DNA of 64,000 nt from NCBI GenBank assembly GCA_034006035.1, contig JAVETN010000003.1:74472-138471 (forward strand), read 5' to 3'. The notes under the pieces were generated by a model. It did not search any database, was not told the DNA's origin, and saw only the letters and a list, made by a program, of their open reading frames with translations. Positions 49,346 to 58,541 of the stretch are shown piece after piece; the stretch's first letter is position 1, and each line of letters opens with the position of its first letter. Origin of the DNA: Desulforegulaceae bacterium (GTDB taxonomy: Bacteria > Desulfobacterota > Desulfobacteria > Desulfobacterales > JACKCP01). Both the position numbers and the translations under genes were made by a program.

Positions 49346-51184
49346 ATGAAAAAGTTTTTAAAGAAAATATTTAAGTTCTTTTTATATTTAATTGGTTTTT
49401 TTCTTCTTTTATTACTGATTTTGTATTTTTTAAGAAATATTATCTTAGATTTTGCAATCGAAAAAGGCGGTTCAAAAATAAATAAGGCAAAAGTTGAAGT
49501 TTTTAATGTAGATCTTGATATTTTTTCCCAAAGCATATCCTGGGATAAACTTGAGGCAGCAGATCGAAATGATCCCTGGAAAAATATTTTTGAAACAGGA
49601 TTTACTGAATTTAAAATTCAAATAATGCCTTTGACAGACGGTAAATTTATAATTGATAATATGGTGATAAAGGATGTTCAGTCAAATACAAAAAGAAAAA
49701 CAAACGGTAGCCTTCCTCAATATGAAAAGTCTTTAAAAGATGATGAAAAGCCTTCATGGATAAAGGATTTTGCATTAAAACAGATTGAAAAGGAAAAGGA
49801 AGCTATTCCTGTTTTGAACAAGGAGTTGTTCAAGGATTTTTCTGATACAGATAAAATAATTGAACAGCTTGATCTTGAAACTCCTAAAAAAGTTGATGAA
49901 GCAAGGCTGTATTTTGAAGAGCGTAAAATTTTTTGGAAAAATCATTTTGAAAAAAGAAATTATGAGCAAAGATCAAAGGAAATTCAAAATGATTTTAAAG
50001 AAATTAAATCTTTTGAAAATAAAAAACCTGAAGAAATTTTGAAAAGTATTGAAAAAATTCAGGATTTAAAAGAAAAATGCGAGAGTTTTAAAAATGATTT
50101 AAAAGAAGATCGTAAGCTTGCAGCCTTAGATCTTGAAAAAGCAAATCAGTATAAAAAAGATTTTTCTGTATGGGTTAATTCCGACTATGAAAAAGCAAAA
50201 AATGCTATAAATATTAAAGATGGCGGGCTTGAAAAGATTTCTGAAATGCTTTTTGGAAAACGGCTTACTCTTGCTGGAGAAAAACTTGTTGGTCTTATAG
50301 CTCAAATCAGGGAAGCAGGAAGAAAATCTTCAGAAAAAGAAAAGCCTGAAAAAGTTAAAGTTGACAAATACCCCCACCTTCCAAAATTTTGGATAAAAAG
50401 TTCTCAAGTTTCTGTTCTTGCTCCGGGCAATACCTATTCATTTAAAGGAGAGGTATTAAATATAAGTTCTGATCAGAATAAAACAGGGCAGCCTATCACC
50501 CTTGATTTTCTTCACAATGATGAAAAAACAGGGAAGATATCATTTAATGGAATAATAGATTTCAGGGATTCAAATGATCTTTTAAGCTTTGAGTTTGATT
50601 TAAAAGGATTTATTTTAAAGAATCTAAAGCTTACTTCAGAGGATCTTCTTTCCCTTGTGATAAAAGATGGAAAATCAGATATTAAGGCGTCTTTTGTGTC
50701 CAAGCCCAGGTTAATCAAATCTTTGGCTAAGATAAAGATCCATGATCATATTTTTGACAGAGCTGTTCTTGAAAAAAATCCTTCAAAGCTTGAGCAGCTT
50801 GTATTTGAAGCCGTAGAATCTGCCGAAGTAATTGATATTGGAATTATTTTAACTCTTGAGGACAATACAAAAAACATTTCAGTTAACAGCTCTCTTGGTT
50901 CTGTTGTTTCAAGCCGGGTTAATGATTATATAAAACAAAAAGCTAAAGCAGAGATAAAAAAGGTTGAAACCGGTGTAAATCTTAAAATAGATGAAAAAAG
51001 AAAAGAGTTTGTTTCATTTTCAGAAGAAGGTTCTGTACTTGAAAATATTTTACATTATGAAGTAAATCTTAAAACAGAAGAAGAAAAGCTGAACAGGGAA
51101 AAGGAAGAATTGGAAAAGAAAATAAAAGGTAAGATAGACGATAAAAAGAATTCTCTTTTAGAGAATCTTAAAATTAAACTCTAA
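49346..51184 (+). CDS. N-terminally membrane-anchored, Lys/Glu-rich coiled-coil protein of unknown function (AsmA-like/TIGR03545-like impression only)
   Basis: SD AGGTGA, an N-terminal TM (FKFFLYLIGFFLLLLLILYF) and long predicted coiled coils. The family assignment is uncertain. Confidence 0.5.
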   Translation: MKKFLKKIFKFFLYLIGFFLLLLLILYFLRNIILDFAIEKGGSKINKAKVEVFNVDLDIFSQSISWDKLEAADRNDPWKNIFETGFTEFKIQIMPLTDGKFIIDNMVIKDVQSNTKRKTNGSLPQYEKSLKDDEKPSWIKDFALKQIEKEKEAIPVLNKELFKDFSDTDKIIEQLDLETPKKVDEARLYFEERKIFWKNHFEKRNYEQRSKEIQNDFKEIKSFENKKPEEILKSIEKIQDLKEKCESFKNDLKEDRKLAALDLEKANQYKKDFSVWVNSDYEKAKNAINIKDGGLEKISEMLFGKRLTLAGEKLVGLIAQIREAGRKSSEKEKPEKVKVDKYPHLPKFWIKSSQVSVLAPGNTYSFKGEVLNISSDQNKTGQPITLDFLHNDEKTGKISFNGIIDFRDSNDLLSFEFDLKGFILKNLKLTSEDLLSLVIKDGKSDIKASFVSKPRLIKSLAKIKIHDHIFDRAVLEKNPSKLEQLVFEAVESAEVIDIGIILTLEDNTKNISVNSSLGSVVSSRVNDYIKQKAKAEIKKVETGVNLKIDEKRKEFVSFSEEGSVLENILHYEVNLKTEEEKLNREKEELEKKIKGKIDDKKNSLLENLKIKL

Positions 51185-51194
51185 GGTGGATCAA

Positions 51195-52022
51195 ATGAGA
51201 AAAACAGTATCGTTGACTTCGCTTTTGGCCTTTGTATTTGTTGTGATTACAAGTGCAGTTCTTTTTATTGTGCCTCAGGGAAGAATAGCCTATTGGGCTG
51301 ACTGGAGACTTTTAGGCCTTACAAAGGAGCAGTGGGAAGCTGTTCATATAAATCTTGGGATACTTTTTATAATAAGCCTTTTTTTTCATATTTATTATAA
51401 TTGGAATTCAATTTTGCTTTATTTGAAAAATAAAGCCAGGGAGTTTAAGGTTTTTACCCCTGAATTTAATATTTCCATTTTAGTTGTTTTTATCTTTATT
51501 GGAGGAACAATTGGAAATTTTCCTTTTTTTTCAACAATTATAAATTTGAGTGAGAATATAAAAAACAAGGCAGCAGTAAAATATGGGGAACCTCCATACG
51601 GTCATGCAGAGCTTTCAACCCTTGAAAGTTTTTCAAGACGAATGGGTCTTGGTTTTGATGAAAGTATTATTCTTCTAAGAAGTAAAGGGTTTGAAATTCA
51701 CAATAGATCTGCAAGCTTAAAGGAAATAGCAAGGTTTAATAAAACTTCGCCCCAAAACCTTTATCTTTCTTTAAAAACCGGTAGTTCACAGCCTATGAAA
51801 TTTGAAAATAAATCTAAATCTTTTTTTTCAGGAAAAGGGAAGTCAAGCTTAGTTGAAATAGCAAAAGACTATAATCTCAATCCAGAAGAGCTTTTTTCAT
51901 ATTTTAATAAAAAGAATTTAAAAATAGATATGAATCTTAGTTTGAGAGAAAATTCAGAAGCAAACAATATGAGACCCTTGGAGCTTTATAAAATTATTGT
52001 TGAGTTTTCCAATAAAAAATAA
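51195..52022 (+). CDS. Membrane protein with a DUF4405-like N-terminal 3-4 TM domain and a soluble C-terminal region
   Basis: The start is set at ATG 51195 (SD GGTGGA). TM helices carry conserved His residues (EAVHINLGILFIISLFFHIYYNW). The gene is tightly coupled to the upstream gene (stop at 51184). Confidence 0.5.
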   Translation: MRKTVSLTSLLAFVFVVITSAVLFIVPQGRIAYWADWRLLGLTKEQWEAVHINLGILFIISLFFHIYYNWNSILLYLKNKAREFKVFTPEFNISILVVFIFIGGTIGNFPFFSTIINLSENIKNKAAVKYGEPPYGHAELSTLESFSRRMGLGFDESIILLRSKGFEIHNRSASLKEIARFNKTSPQNLYLSLKTGSSQPMKFENKSKSFFSGKGKSSLVEIAKDYNLNPEELFSYFNKKNLKIDMNLSLRENSEANNMRPLELYKIIVEFSNKK

Positions 52023-52036
52023 GTGTTTATTTATCA

Positions 52037-52062
52037 AAGGCCGGACACAAAAATCCGGCCTT
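52037..52062. terminator. GC-rich hairpin between convergent genes (no clear U-tract)
   Basis: AAGGCCGGA-cacaaaaa-TCCGGCCTT. Confidence 0.45.
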
Positions 52063-52073
52063 GAAAGAAATTA

Positions 52074-53780
52074 TTAGTTACCAAGATTGTGAATTGTAAG
52101 CTGTGGGAATGGTATTTCCCAGTTATTTTTTATTGAAGCCTCTACACACCATTTTTGAATATGCCTTCTAAGCTTGTTGTAAATATCTGCAGCTTCTCCT
52201 TTAAAGTCTGCTTTTATAACAAGATCAAGTGATGAACTGCCTATGTTTTGGAACTCAGTTTCAAGTTTTAAAAGAATTTTATCATAGCCGGTTTCTTTCA
52301 TTTTTTTATTTATATAATCATCTACCAAGTTTGGAATTTTATCTGTAATTTCGTTTTGATGATTATAGCTTAGACAAAAGGTTTCTTTAATCCTGTAATT
52401 TCTTGAAAGGTTTAAAGGAGACTGGGATAGAAAATTAGATGTTTGATAGGTTTTTATTGCTCCTCCTCTAAGAGCCAATTTTACCATTTCATGGGAAAGA
52501 CTGACGGCCTGTCCCCTTGTTTTGTCAGACAAAATTACCCACTCATTTAATCTGCAAGGAAAAAAGGGATCATCAGGGTTGTTTGGCCTTGAAACTTTAT
52601 CAAGAAGAATTTCAATGGGAATTCTAAGAGTGATACCAAGGTCTGGGTTTTCAATTTTTGAATAGAAATTTATATCCTGGACAATCCAGGGCACACCAAG
52701 ATAATTTATTCTTTCTCCTTCTCTTACAGCCCCTACATTTAGCATCAACTTGGTCTGTTTGAACATTTTTGGAATTGTATTTTTGAGCCCCCATGCAAGA
52801 CCAAGCAAAAAAATTATTGCAAAGCTCAATAATGTCCAGTCCTGTGCAACATAGAAAACAAGGATAATGGAAATCATTGTAAGAAGGAAGGTGAAAACTC
52901 TGTATCCAAGCTCAAATGCCTTGTAATGAAAAGGCTTTTGTTCATTATCATAGCCTAAAAATTTTTTTGCGATAAGATTATGGATAAGCCTTAGAAAGAG
53001 TACTATCATTATACTGATAGCTATAGCTGTAAGTATGAAAAGTCCTTTTGTTTTAAAAAAGTTTTTAACATTGCTTTGAGTGGCGTCAACAAAAGATTTT
53101 TCTTTAGCTTCCATTTGTTTTAGCTTCAGATTTGCTATATGTTTTTTATTTTCAATCTGTTTTTTTATCCCTGTCCAGTTTTTCAGCAGGTTTTCTAGGT
53201 AGTCTGTAAGAGATTTGTCTTCTGACGTCTGAATAAGATTTTTAATGTTTTTAACTGCTGTTTCTGCGTAGGGGAGAAGTTCGTCAAATCTTTCAATTTC
53301 ATCTTTTAAAACTGACTTTTGTCTTGATTTTTCTGTGATTCTTTTAAGTTCACTTATTCCAGGTTCTATAAGTGAAACAATTTCATTTTTCCAGTCAAAT
53401 TGTTCTTCTTTTTTTTCAGCAAACAGGCTTATATCAATTTGTGTTGCAATTCGTTCAAAATCTTTTTGGGTCTCATGTAGCTGCTTGTCAAGAATTTTGA
53501 TTTCTTCATTGAGGTTTGATATTTCAGATGCTGAGCTGGTAGTTTTAAGTAATTTTTGTTTTTCTATAATTCTTTCAATTATTGTTTTTCTAAGGGAGGC
53601 AATTGATTTTAAAATTTCTGGGGAAGGCTCTTGTTCATTGAGTTTCTGGGCTGTTGTCTCCAGAGCAGAATTGATGTTTAGCTCCTCCTCCTGGGAAAAA
53701 ACAGGGGATGAAGCAAACGCAATGACGAAAAATAAATAAAAAATAAATAAAAATTTAAAAAATCTCATTGGTTTCCTCAT
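52074..53780 (-). CDS. Mechanosensitive ion channel (MscS/MscK-like) family protein with an N-terminal periplasmic coiled coil
   Basis: Signal peptide, long coiled coil and 3-4 TM helices, then an MscS beta-domain-like pattern (LLGLAWGLKNTIPKMF...VGAVREGERINYLGVPWIVQDINFYSKIENPDLGITLRIPIEILL). Confidence 0.55.
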   Translation of the reverse strand: MRKPMRFFKFLFIFYLFFVIAFASSPVFSQEEELNINSALETTAQKLNEQEPSPEILKSIASLRKTIIERIIEKQKLLKTTSSASEISNLNEEIKILDKQLHETQKDFERIATQIDISLFAEKKEEQFDWKNEIVSLIEPGISELKRITEKSRQKSVLKDEIERFDELLPYAETAVKNIKNLIQTSEDKSLTDYLENLLKNWTGIKKQIENKKHIANLKLKQMEAKEKSFVDATQSNVKNFFKTKGLFILTAIAISIMIVLFLRLIHNLIAKKFLGYDNEQKPFHYKAFELGYRVFTFLLTMISIILVFYVAQDWTLLSFAIIFLLGLAWGLKNTIPKMFKQTKLMLNVGAVREGERINYLGVPWIVQDINFYSKIENPDLGITLRIPIEILLDKVSRPNNPDDPFFPCRLNEWVILSDKTRGQAVSLSHEMVKLALRGGAIKTYQTSNFLSQSPLNLSRNYRIKETFCLSYNHQNEITDKIPNLVDDYINKKMKETGYDKILLKLETEFQNIGSSSLDLVIKADFKGEAADIYNKLRRHIQKWCVEASIKNNWEIPFPQLTIHNLGN

Positions 53781-53910
53781 TTTTATGATTTATTAAAAAG
53801 TACAGAGTTAAGTGATTTTATTTTAATTTTAAAAGTTGTAAAGATAAAATTTTAAAATTAGCATTATTTAATATTTAAAATTAAAATTTATAAAAATTAA
53901 AGGAGATCTT

Positions 53911-54282
53911 ATGATTACATATTTTTATTGGGGTTTGGTGCTTTTAATTGTTTTTTTTATATTGTTTATTTTTGGAGCCAAGCTTGAAAAATGGAAACTT
54001 GGGCTAATAATTGGGCTTGTTTTTTTATTTGCAGGATGGGCAGTGTATTATTTTCATTTTGAGCAGGTTTTTGTCAAACGTTATGGAGGAGTTATGTCTC
54101 TTACAATTCCAGAAGGTCAAGTACATCTAAATGCTACATGGAAAGGAGACAACCTCTGGATAGAAAATTATGATCCAAAAACCAATAAATGTATATTCAG
54201 CGAATATTCAAAAGGAAGTCTTCTTGAAGGAAAAGTTATTATAAAAAACTGTAATCCTTTAATCCTTCAGGAAAAACAATAA
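53911..54282 (+). CDS. Small membrane protein, function unknown
   Basis: SD AAGGAG. Two N-terminal TM helices and a soluble C-terminal ~60 aa. Confidence 0.5.
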   Translation: MITYFYWGLVLLIVFFILFIFGAKLEKWKLGLIIGLVFLFAGWAVYYFHFEQVFVKRYGGVMSLTIPEGQVHLNATWKGDNLWIENYDPKTNKCIFSEYSKGSLLEGKVIIKNCNPLILQEKQ

Positions 54283-54612
54283 TTGATTGGGTAAAATCAT
54301 GATTGAATCCGGCTTTTGGGTTGATTAAAGAGGAAGTTTTTTGCTCAGCTGCTTTTTAATTCTTGGTTAGTCAATTCAGTGGACCAGGTCGGATAAATGT
54401 TTTGTGAAATCGTATAGTCTTTTATTTAAAAAGTAAGTCTTTGAAAATAAAATAAAAATACTTCTTGCTATTAGTTTTTTTTAATGTCATATTGACAAAG
54501 TTTCTCAAAAGAGAACAAAGAGTTTCGCTATAAAGGAATATCCATTTAAAAAAGTGGCATTGCCCCCAAGTATCGAAATAAATTTAAATTAATTAGTTAA
54601 GGAAAAGTCACT

Positions 54613-54810
54613 ATGGCAAATGGAACAGTAAAATGGTTTAATGACGCAAAAGGTTTTGGATTTATTGAGCAGGAAAATGGAACTGATGTATTTGTACATC
54701 ATACAGGGATTAACTCCACAGGTTTTAAATCTCTTCAAGAAGGTGCAAGAGTTACATTTGATATTCAGGAAGGTCCAAAAGGTTCTTCTGCAATAAACGT
54801 AACCGAATAA
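54613..54810 (+). CDS. cspA: Cold-shock protein (CspA family)
   Basis: [15 protein letters not shown] (RNP1) and DVFVHHT (RNP2). 65 aa. Confidence 0.93.
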   Translation: MANGTVKWFNDAKGFGFIEQENGTDVFVHHTGINSTGFKSLQEGARVTFDIQEGPKGSSAINVTE

Positions 54811-54832
54811 TAAAAATAAAATAATAGATATT

Positions 54833-54867
54833 AAGGCACTTTATTAACATAAAATGCCTTTTTTTTA
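54833..54867 (+). terminator. Intrinsic terminator after csp
   Basis: AAGGCA-N16-TGCCTT followed by TTTTTTT. Confidence 0.7.
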
Positions 54868-55119
54868 TTTTTGTATTATAATTTTAAGTCATAAAAAACT
54901 TTAAAACCTAATAGCCCTGCCTTAAAAAAACATTTAAAAAGTTTTAAATCCCCTATTCCAGGTAAAAATTAAATTTGTAAACCAGAGCTTTATCTATATA
55001 ATTTTAGAATTATTTTTGGACTTAGATGCCAATCAGGCTCAGGTATGGCAAATTTTCTAAAAATCAGGTATTATTGTTAAGTTTTTTATTAATCTTTTTA
55101 TCATAAAGGAAAGTAAAAC

Positions 55120-56088
55120 ATGGTAATCTTGGATAAAGCTAAAAGTTACATGGAAAGCCGGATTCTTCTTACAGGTGCTGAACTTGATATCTTTACTCTT
55201 ATTGGTAAAAAAATAAATAGGGCAGAAGAAATTGCCAAAAAAACAAATGCTGACTTAAGGTCCCTTACCCGTCTCCTTGATGCTCTTGCGGTTTCCGGAT
55301 TCCTTGAAAAAGACGGCCTTGTTTACAGCCTTGCCAAAGGATGTGAATCTTTGTCTTCAGAGCATCCTAAATCAGTACTTCCAATGGTTCTTCATATAAA
55401 TGATATCTGGAATGACTGGCATCATCTTACTAAGACTGTAATTCAAGGGAAGAAGCAAAGCAAAGCTCCTTATCCCGATATGCATGAAAAAGATAGAGAA
55501 GCCTTTATTTACGGGATGCATGTTGCTGGAAGAGAATTATCATCAGATATTGCCGCAGATCTTGATTTATCTTCATATAAAAAACTTTTAGATATCGGGG
55601 GTGCTTCTGGAACCTATACAATTGCATTCCTTGAAAAAAATTCTCAAATGAAAGGGATAATTTTTGATCTTTCCGAAGTAATTCCCATGTCAAAAAAAGG
55701 GATTGATTCAGCTGGATTAAATGAAAGGGTAGAGTTTATTTCTGGTGATTTTTATCTTAATGAACTTCCTAAAGGATGTGATCTTGCTCTTTTATCAGCA
55801 ATAATTCATCAAAACAGCCCAAAAGAAAATCTTGCTCTTTACTCAAAGATTTATAAAGTTCTTGAACCCGGAGGAATGCTGGTAATTAGAGATCATATTA
55901 TGGATAAGAGCAGGACTTATCCTCCTGACGGTGCTGTTTTTGCAATTAATATGCTCGTTGGAACAAACGGCGGAGATACCTATACTTTTGAGGAAGTTAA
56001 GTCAGCCCTTGAAAAAGCAGGTTTTAAAGACGTTACTTTTGCCCGTAAAGGTGAAAAAATGGATTGTCTGGTAACTTGCAAAAAATAA
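55120..56088 (+). CDS. SAM-dependent O-methyltransferase (Methyltransf_2 type with an N-terminal dimerisation/wHTH domain)
   Basis: LLDIGGASGTYTIAF (motif I), GDFY and LVIRDHI. Confidence 0.8.
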   Translation: MVILDKAKSYMESRILLTGAELDIFTLIGKKINRAEEIAKKTNADLRSLTRLLDALAVSGFLEKDGLVYSLAKGCESLSSEHPKSVLPMVLHINDIWNDWHHLTKTVIQGKKQSKAPYPDMHEKDREAFIYGMHVAGRELSSDIAADLDLSSYKKLLDIGGASGTYTIAFLEKNSQMKGIIFDLSEVIPMSKKGIDSAGLNERVEFISGDFYLNELPKGCDLALLSAIIHQNSPKENLALYSKIYKVLEPGGMLVIRDHIMDKSRTYPPDGAVFAINMLVGTNGGDTYTFEEVKSALEKAGFKDVTFARKGEKMDCLVTCKK

Positions 56089-56096
56089 AACAATAT

Positions 56097-56121
56097 CCCC
56101 GGAATTACCGGGGACAGTTTT
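56097..56121. terminator. Hairpin terminator between convergent genes
   Basis: CCCCGG-aatta-CCGGGG followed by ACAGTTTT. The upstream flank is A-rich, so it could also serve the minus-strand gene. Confidence 0.55.
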
Positions 56122-56127
56122 ATAAAT

Positions 56128-57231
56128 TTATTTTTTATTTTCCCTGTCAAGGATACAGCTATTGCTTTCAGGTGTGAAACAAAGACTGCAGGACGTACAT
56201 CTGGGCTTGAAGTTTTTGTCTTTTTTCCATTGATTTATAAGGTCTGGTTCACTTAAAAGCGGCCTTGAAATAGAAAAAAATTCAATTTTTGTTTGGTTTA
56301 AAAGATTTTCCATCACTTCAAAATTTCTATTTCCTCCCACAAGAATTAGAGGAACCTCAATTTCAGAAGCAAGTTCTTTAGCATATTCGCTGAAGTATGA
56401 ATCATTTGAGGAAAGACTAACTTTTTTTGTGGGCTCTTTTTCTGTTTTTGGAGCTCTGAAAACAGGTCCTCCGCTGATTTCAACAGCAGTAATTCCTTTT
56501 TTTGAAAGATTTTTGCAAACCTCTTTGCATTCTTCAAATACAAAACCTTTATTTTCCATGAAGTCAGAGCAGTTAAGTTTTATAAGAATTGGAAAATCAG
56601 GCGAAGTGCTTGATCTTATCCTGTCAAAAACCTCATAGATTATTCTTGCTCTGTTTTCAATGCTCCCGCCATATTTGTCTTCTCTTCTATTAAAATAGGG
56701 AGATAAAAACTGACTTAAAAGATATCCATGTCCAGCGTGGATTTCAACTCCGTCAAATCCTCCTTCCATGGCTCTTTTTGCTGATTTTCCGAAAGCTTTT
56801 ACCAGGGCATCAATGTTTTCAATTGACATTTCTTTGGGAGTTATTCCTGAAATTTTATTTAAAACAGCAGAAGGACCCCAGATTTCTCTTTTATCAACAT
56901 TAAACCATGTAAAAGAGCCGCCGTAAACAAGCTGCAAAATTATTTTGCTGTTGTTTTTATGGACAATTTTTGTAAGTTTTTTATAATCTTCAATAAATGA
57001 ATCATCGTATGCCCCAAACATTTTCGGACTTGGTTGTTCTTCCTTTAAAACATAAGCATATCCAGTTATTATTGCTCCGACTCCGCCTTTTGCAAGGTTT
57101 TCGTAAATTTCATAGATTTTGTCATTAAAATGTCCATTGTCCTCTGCCATTCCTTCCCAGGTTGCAGAGCGGATAAATCTGTTTTTAAGTTCAAGGTTAC
57201 CAATATTTGCCGGCTCAAACAGTTGTTTCAT
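56128..57231 (-). CDS. NADH:flavin oxidoreductase (Old Yellow Enzyme family)
   Basis: LKNRFIRSAT, GVGAIITG, GFDGVEIHAGHGYLLSQFLSP, RREDKYGGSIENR and a C-terminal Cys cluster. Confidence 0.85.
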   Translation of the reverse strand: MKQLFEPANIGNLELKNRFIRSATWEGMAEDNGHFNDKIYEIYENLAKGGVGAIITGYAYVLKEEQPSPKMFGAYDDSFIEDYKKLTKIVHKNNSKIILQLVYGGSFTWFNVDKREIWGPSAVLNKISGITPKEMSIENIDALVKAFGKSAKRAMEGGFDGVEIHAGHGYLLSQFLSPYFNRREDKYGGSIENRARIIYEVFDRIRSSTSPDFPILIKLNCSDFMENKGFVFEECKEVCKNLSKKGITAVEISGGPVFRAPKTEKEPTKKVSLSSNDSYFSEYAKELASEIEVPLILVGGNRNFEVMENLLNQTKIEFFSISRPLLSEPDLINQWKKDKNFKPRCTSCSLCFTPESNSCILDRENKK

Positions 57232-57579
57232 TTTTCCTCCTGAGAATTATTTATAAATACTTTTTAAGTTTGTTTTAATTAAAGGAAATACCAATCTAAC
57301 CTTTGGGATAAGTGTTTTGAGATTAAATTGCACTCTGACCTAGAAAAGGAGCAAAACCAGATTTTAATTTTTAATTGGTTATATAAAGAAAATCCATGGG
57401 TAATTAAAGGTAAAACTAAGTTTTTATAGATTTATGTTGTTTTTATTAAAAAAAACCATGGTAGATTATTTATAAAATCTGATTGTAATGGGAAGTTAAA
57501 AAAATTATCCATTAGTAATTTAATTTTGTTTCTGTTAGTTTTATCTATCCTTAAATATTTAAAATATTGGACATTAATT

Positions 57580-58482
57580 ATGTTATCATTGTTCAGTCGC
57601 TTTATTTCTTTTCTTCCGTTAGGTGTAGCTCTGGCCTTTGGGCGATTTATCGGCTTGATTTGGTATTATATTGTTCCTGTAAGAAAAAAATTGTGCATGG
57701 AAAATGTTAATCGTGTTTTTGGCAATGAACTTTCAAAAAAAGAGCAGAAAAAGATTGTCAGGAGATTTTTTTCAAAATTTTGTATGTCTTTTATGGAAGT
57801 TTTGCGTATCCCCCATATGTCCCTTGCTGAAAATAAAAAGCTTGTGAGGATAGAGGGCTGGGAGAATATGGAAAAAGCCCTTGAGCTTGGAAAAGGAGCA
57901 ATTTTGTTTGCAACACATATAGATAATGTTGATCTTGGAGGTTGTTCAATGGCTATGCGTGGAGCTCCAATTTCAGTTGTGGTTAGGAAAATGGGCAAAT
58001 CAGCAGAAAAATTTCTTTCAAGTGTCAGAAAAAATACGGGTGTAACAATTATAAGCAGCAAGAATTCAAAAAGCCGTATTAAAGAACTTCTCTCAGAAAA
58101 TAAAATTGTAACAATTGTTGCAGATCAGCATCTTTCAAAACATAGATCCATTGCCTGTAAATTTTTTGATCAATGGGCGTCCACAACTCATGCTCCCAGT
58201 CGTTTTGGCTTTGAGACAGGTGCTCCTATAATTCCTGCTGTGATTAACCGCAAAGGAAAAACAGGATATCACCACGCCAGGGTTTTTCCTGCCTTTGAAC
58301 AGGAAACACCCTATGATGACATTGATTTGAATATACGTCATAATACAGAAAGACTGAATCGAATTATAGAAACCTGGCTACTGGAAGCACCGGATCAATG
58401 GTGGTGGTTTCATAAACGCTGGAAAGTTCAGGACGATCCAGAAGGGTGGGATCTGCCAGGAGATTCTTTATTAAAAGATTAA
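57580..58482 (+). CDS. Lysophospholipid/lipid A biosynthesis acyltransferase (LpxL/HtrB family)
   Basis: HX4D motif (ATHIDNVDLGG), VADQH, and a PF03279-like N-terminal TM. The start is set at ATG 57580. Confidence 0.8.
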   Translation: MLSLFSRFISFLPLGVALAFGRFIGLIWYYIVPVRKKLCMENVNRVFGNELSKKEQKKIVRRFFSKFCMSFMEVLRIPHMSLAENKKLVRIEGWENMEKALELGKGAILFATHIDNVDLGGCSMAMRGAPISVVVRKMGKSAEKFLSSVRKNTGVTIISSKNSKSRIKELLSENKIVTIVADQHLSKHRSIACKFFDQWASTTHAPSRFGFETGAPIIPAVINRKGKTGYHHARVFPAFEQETPYDDIDLNIRHNTERLNRIIETWLLEAPDQWWWFHKRWKVQDDPEGWDLPGDSLLKD

Positions 58483-58541
58483 GATAAAAAGTTTTTTCAG
58501 CTAGATTCTTAAAGTTAAGAAATCCGGCTGAAAAAATTTGT

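Noticed and set aside
39382-56121. Two terminator hairpins sharing the same stem (CCCCGG...CCGGGGAC at 39382-39404 and 56097-56114), considered as a possible REP-like repeat family.
   Set aside because: There are only two copies with different loops. Both sit exactly where intrinsic terminators are expected, and a short GC stem in an AT-rich genome is easily explained by function rather than by a mobile repeat.
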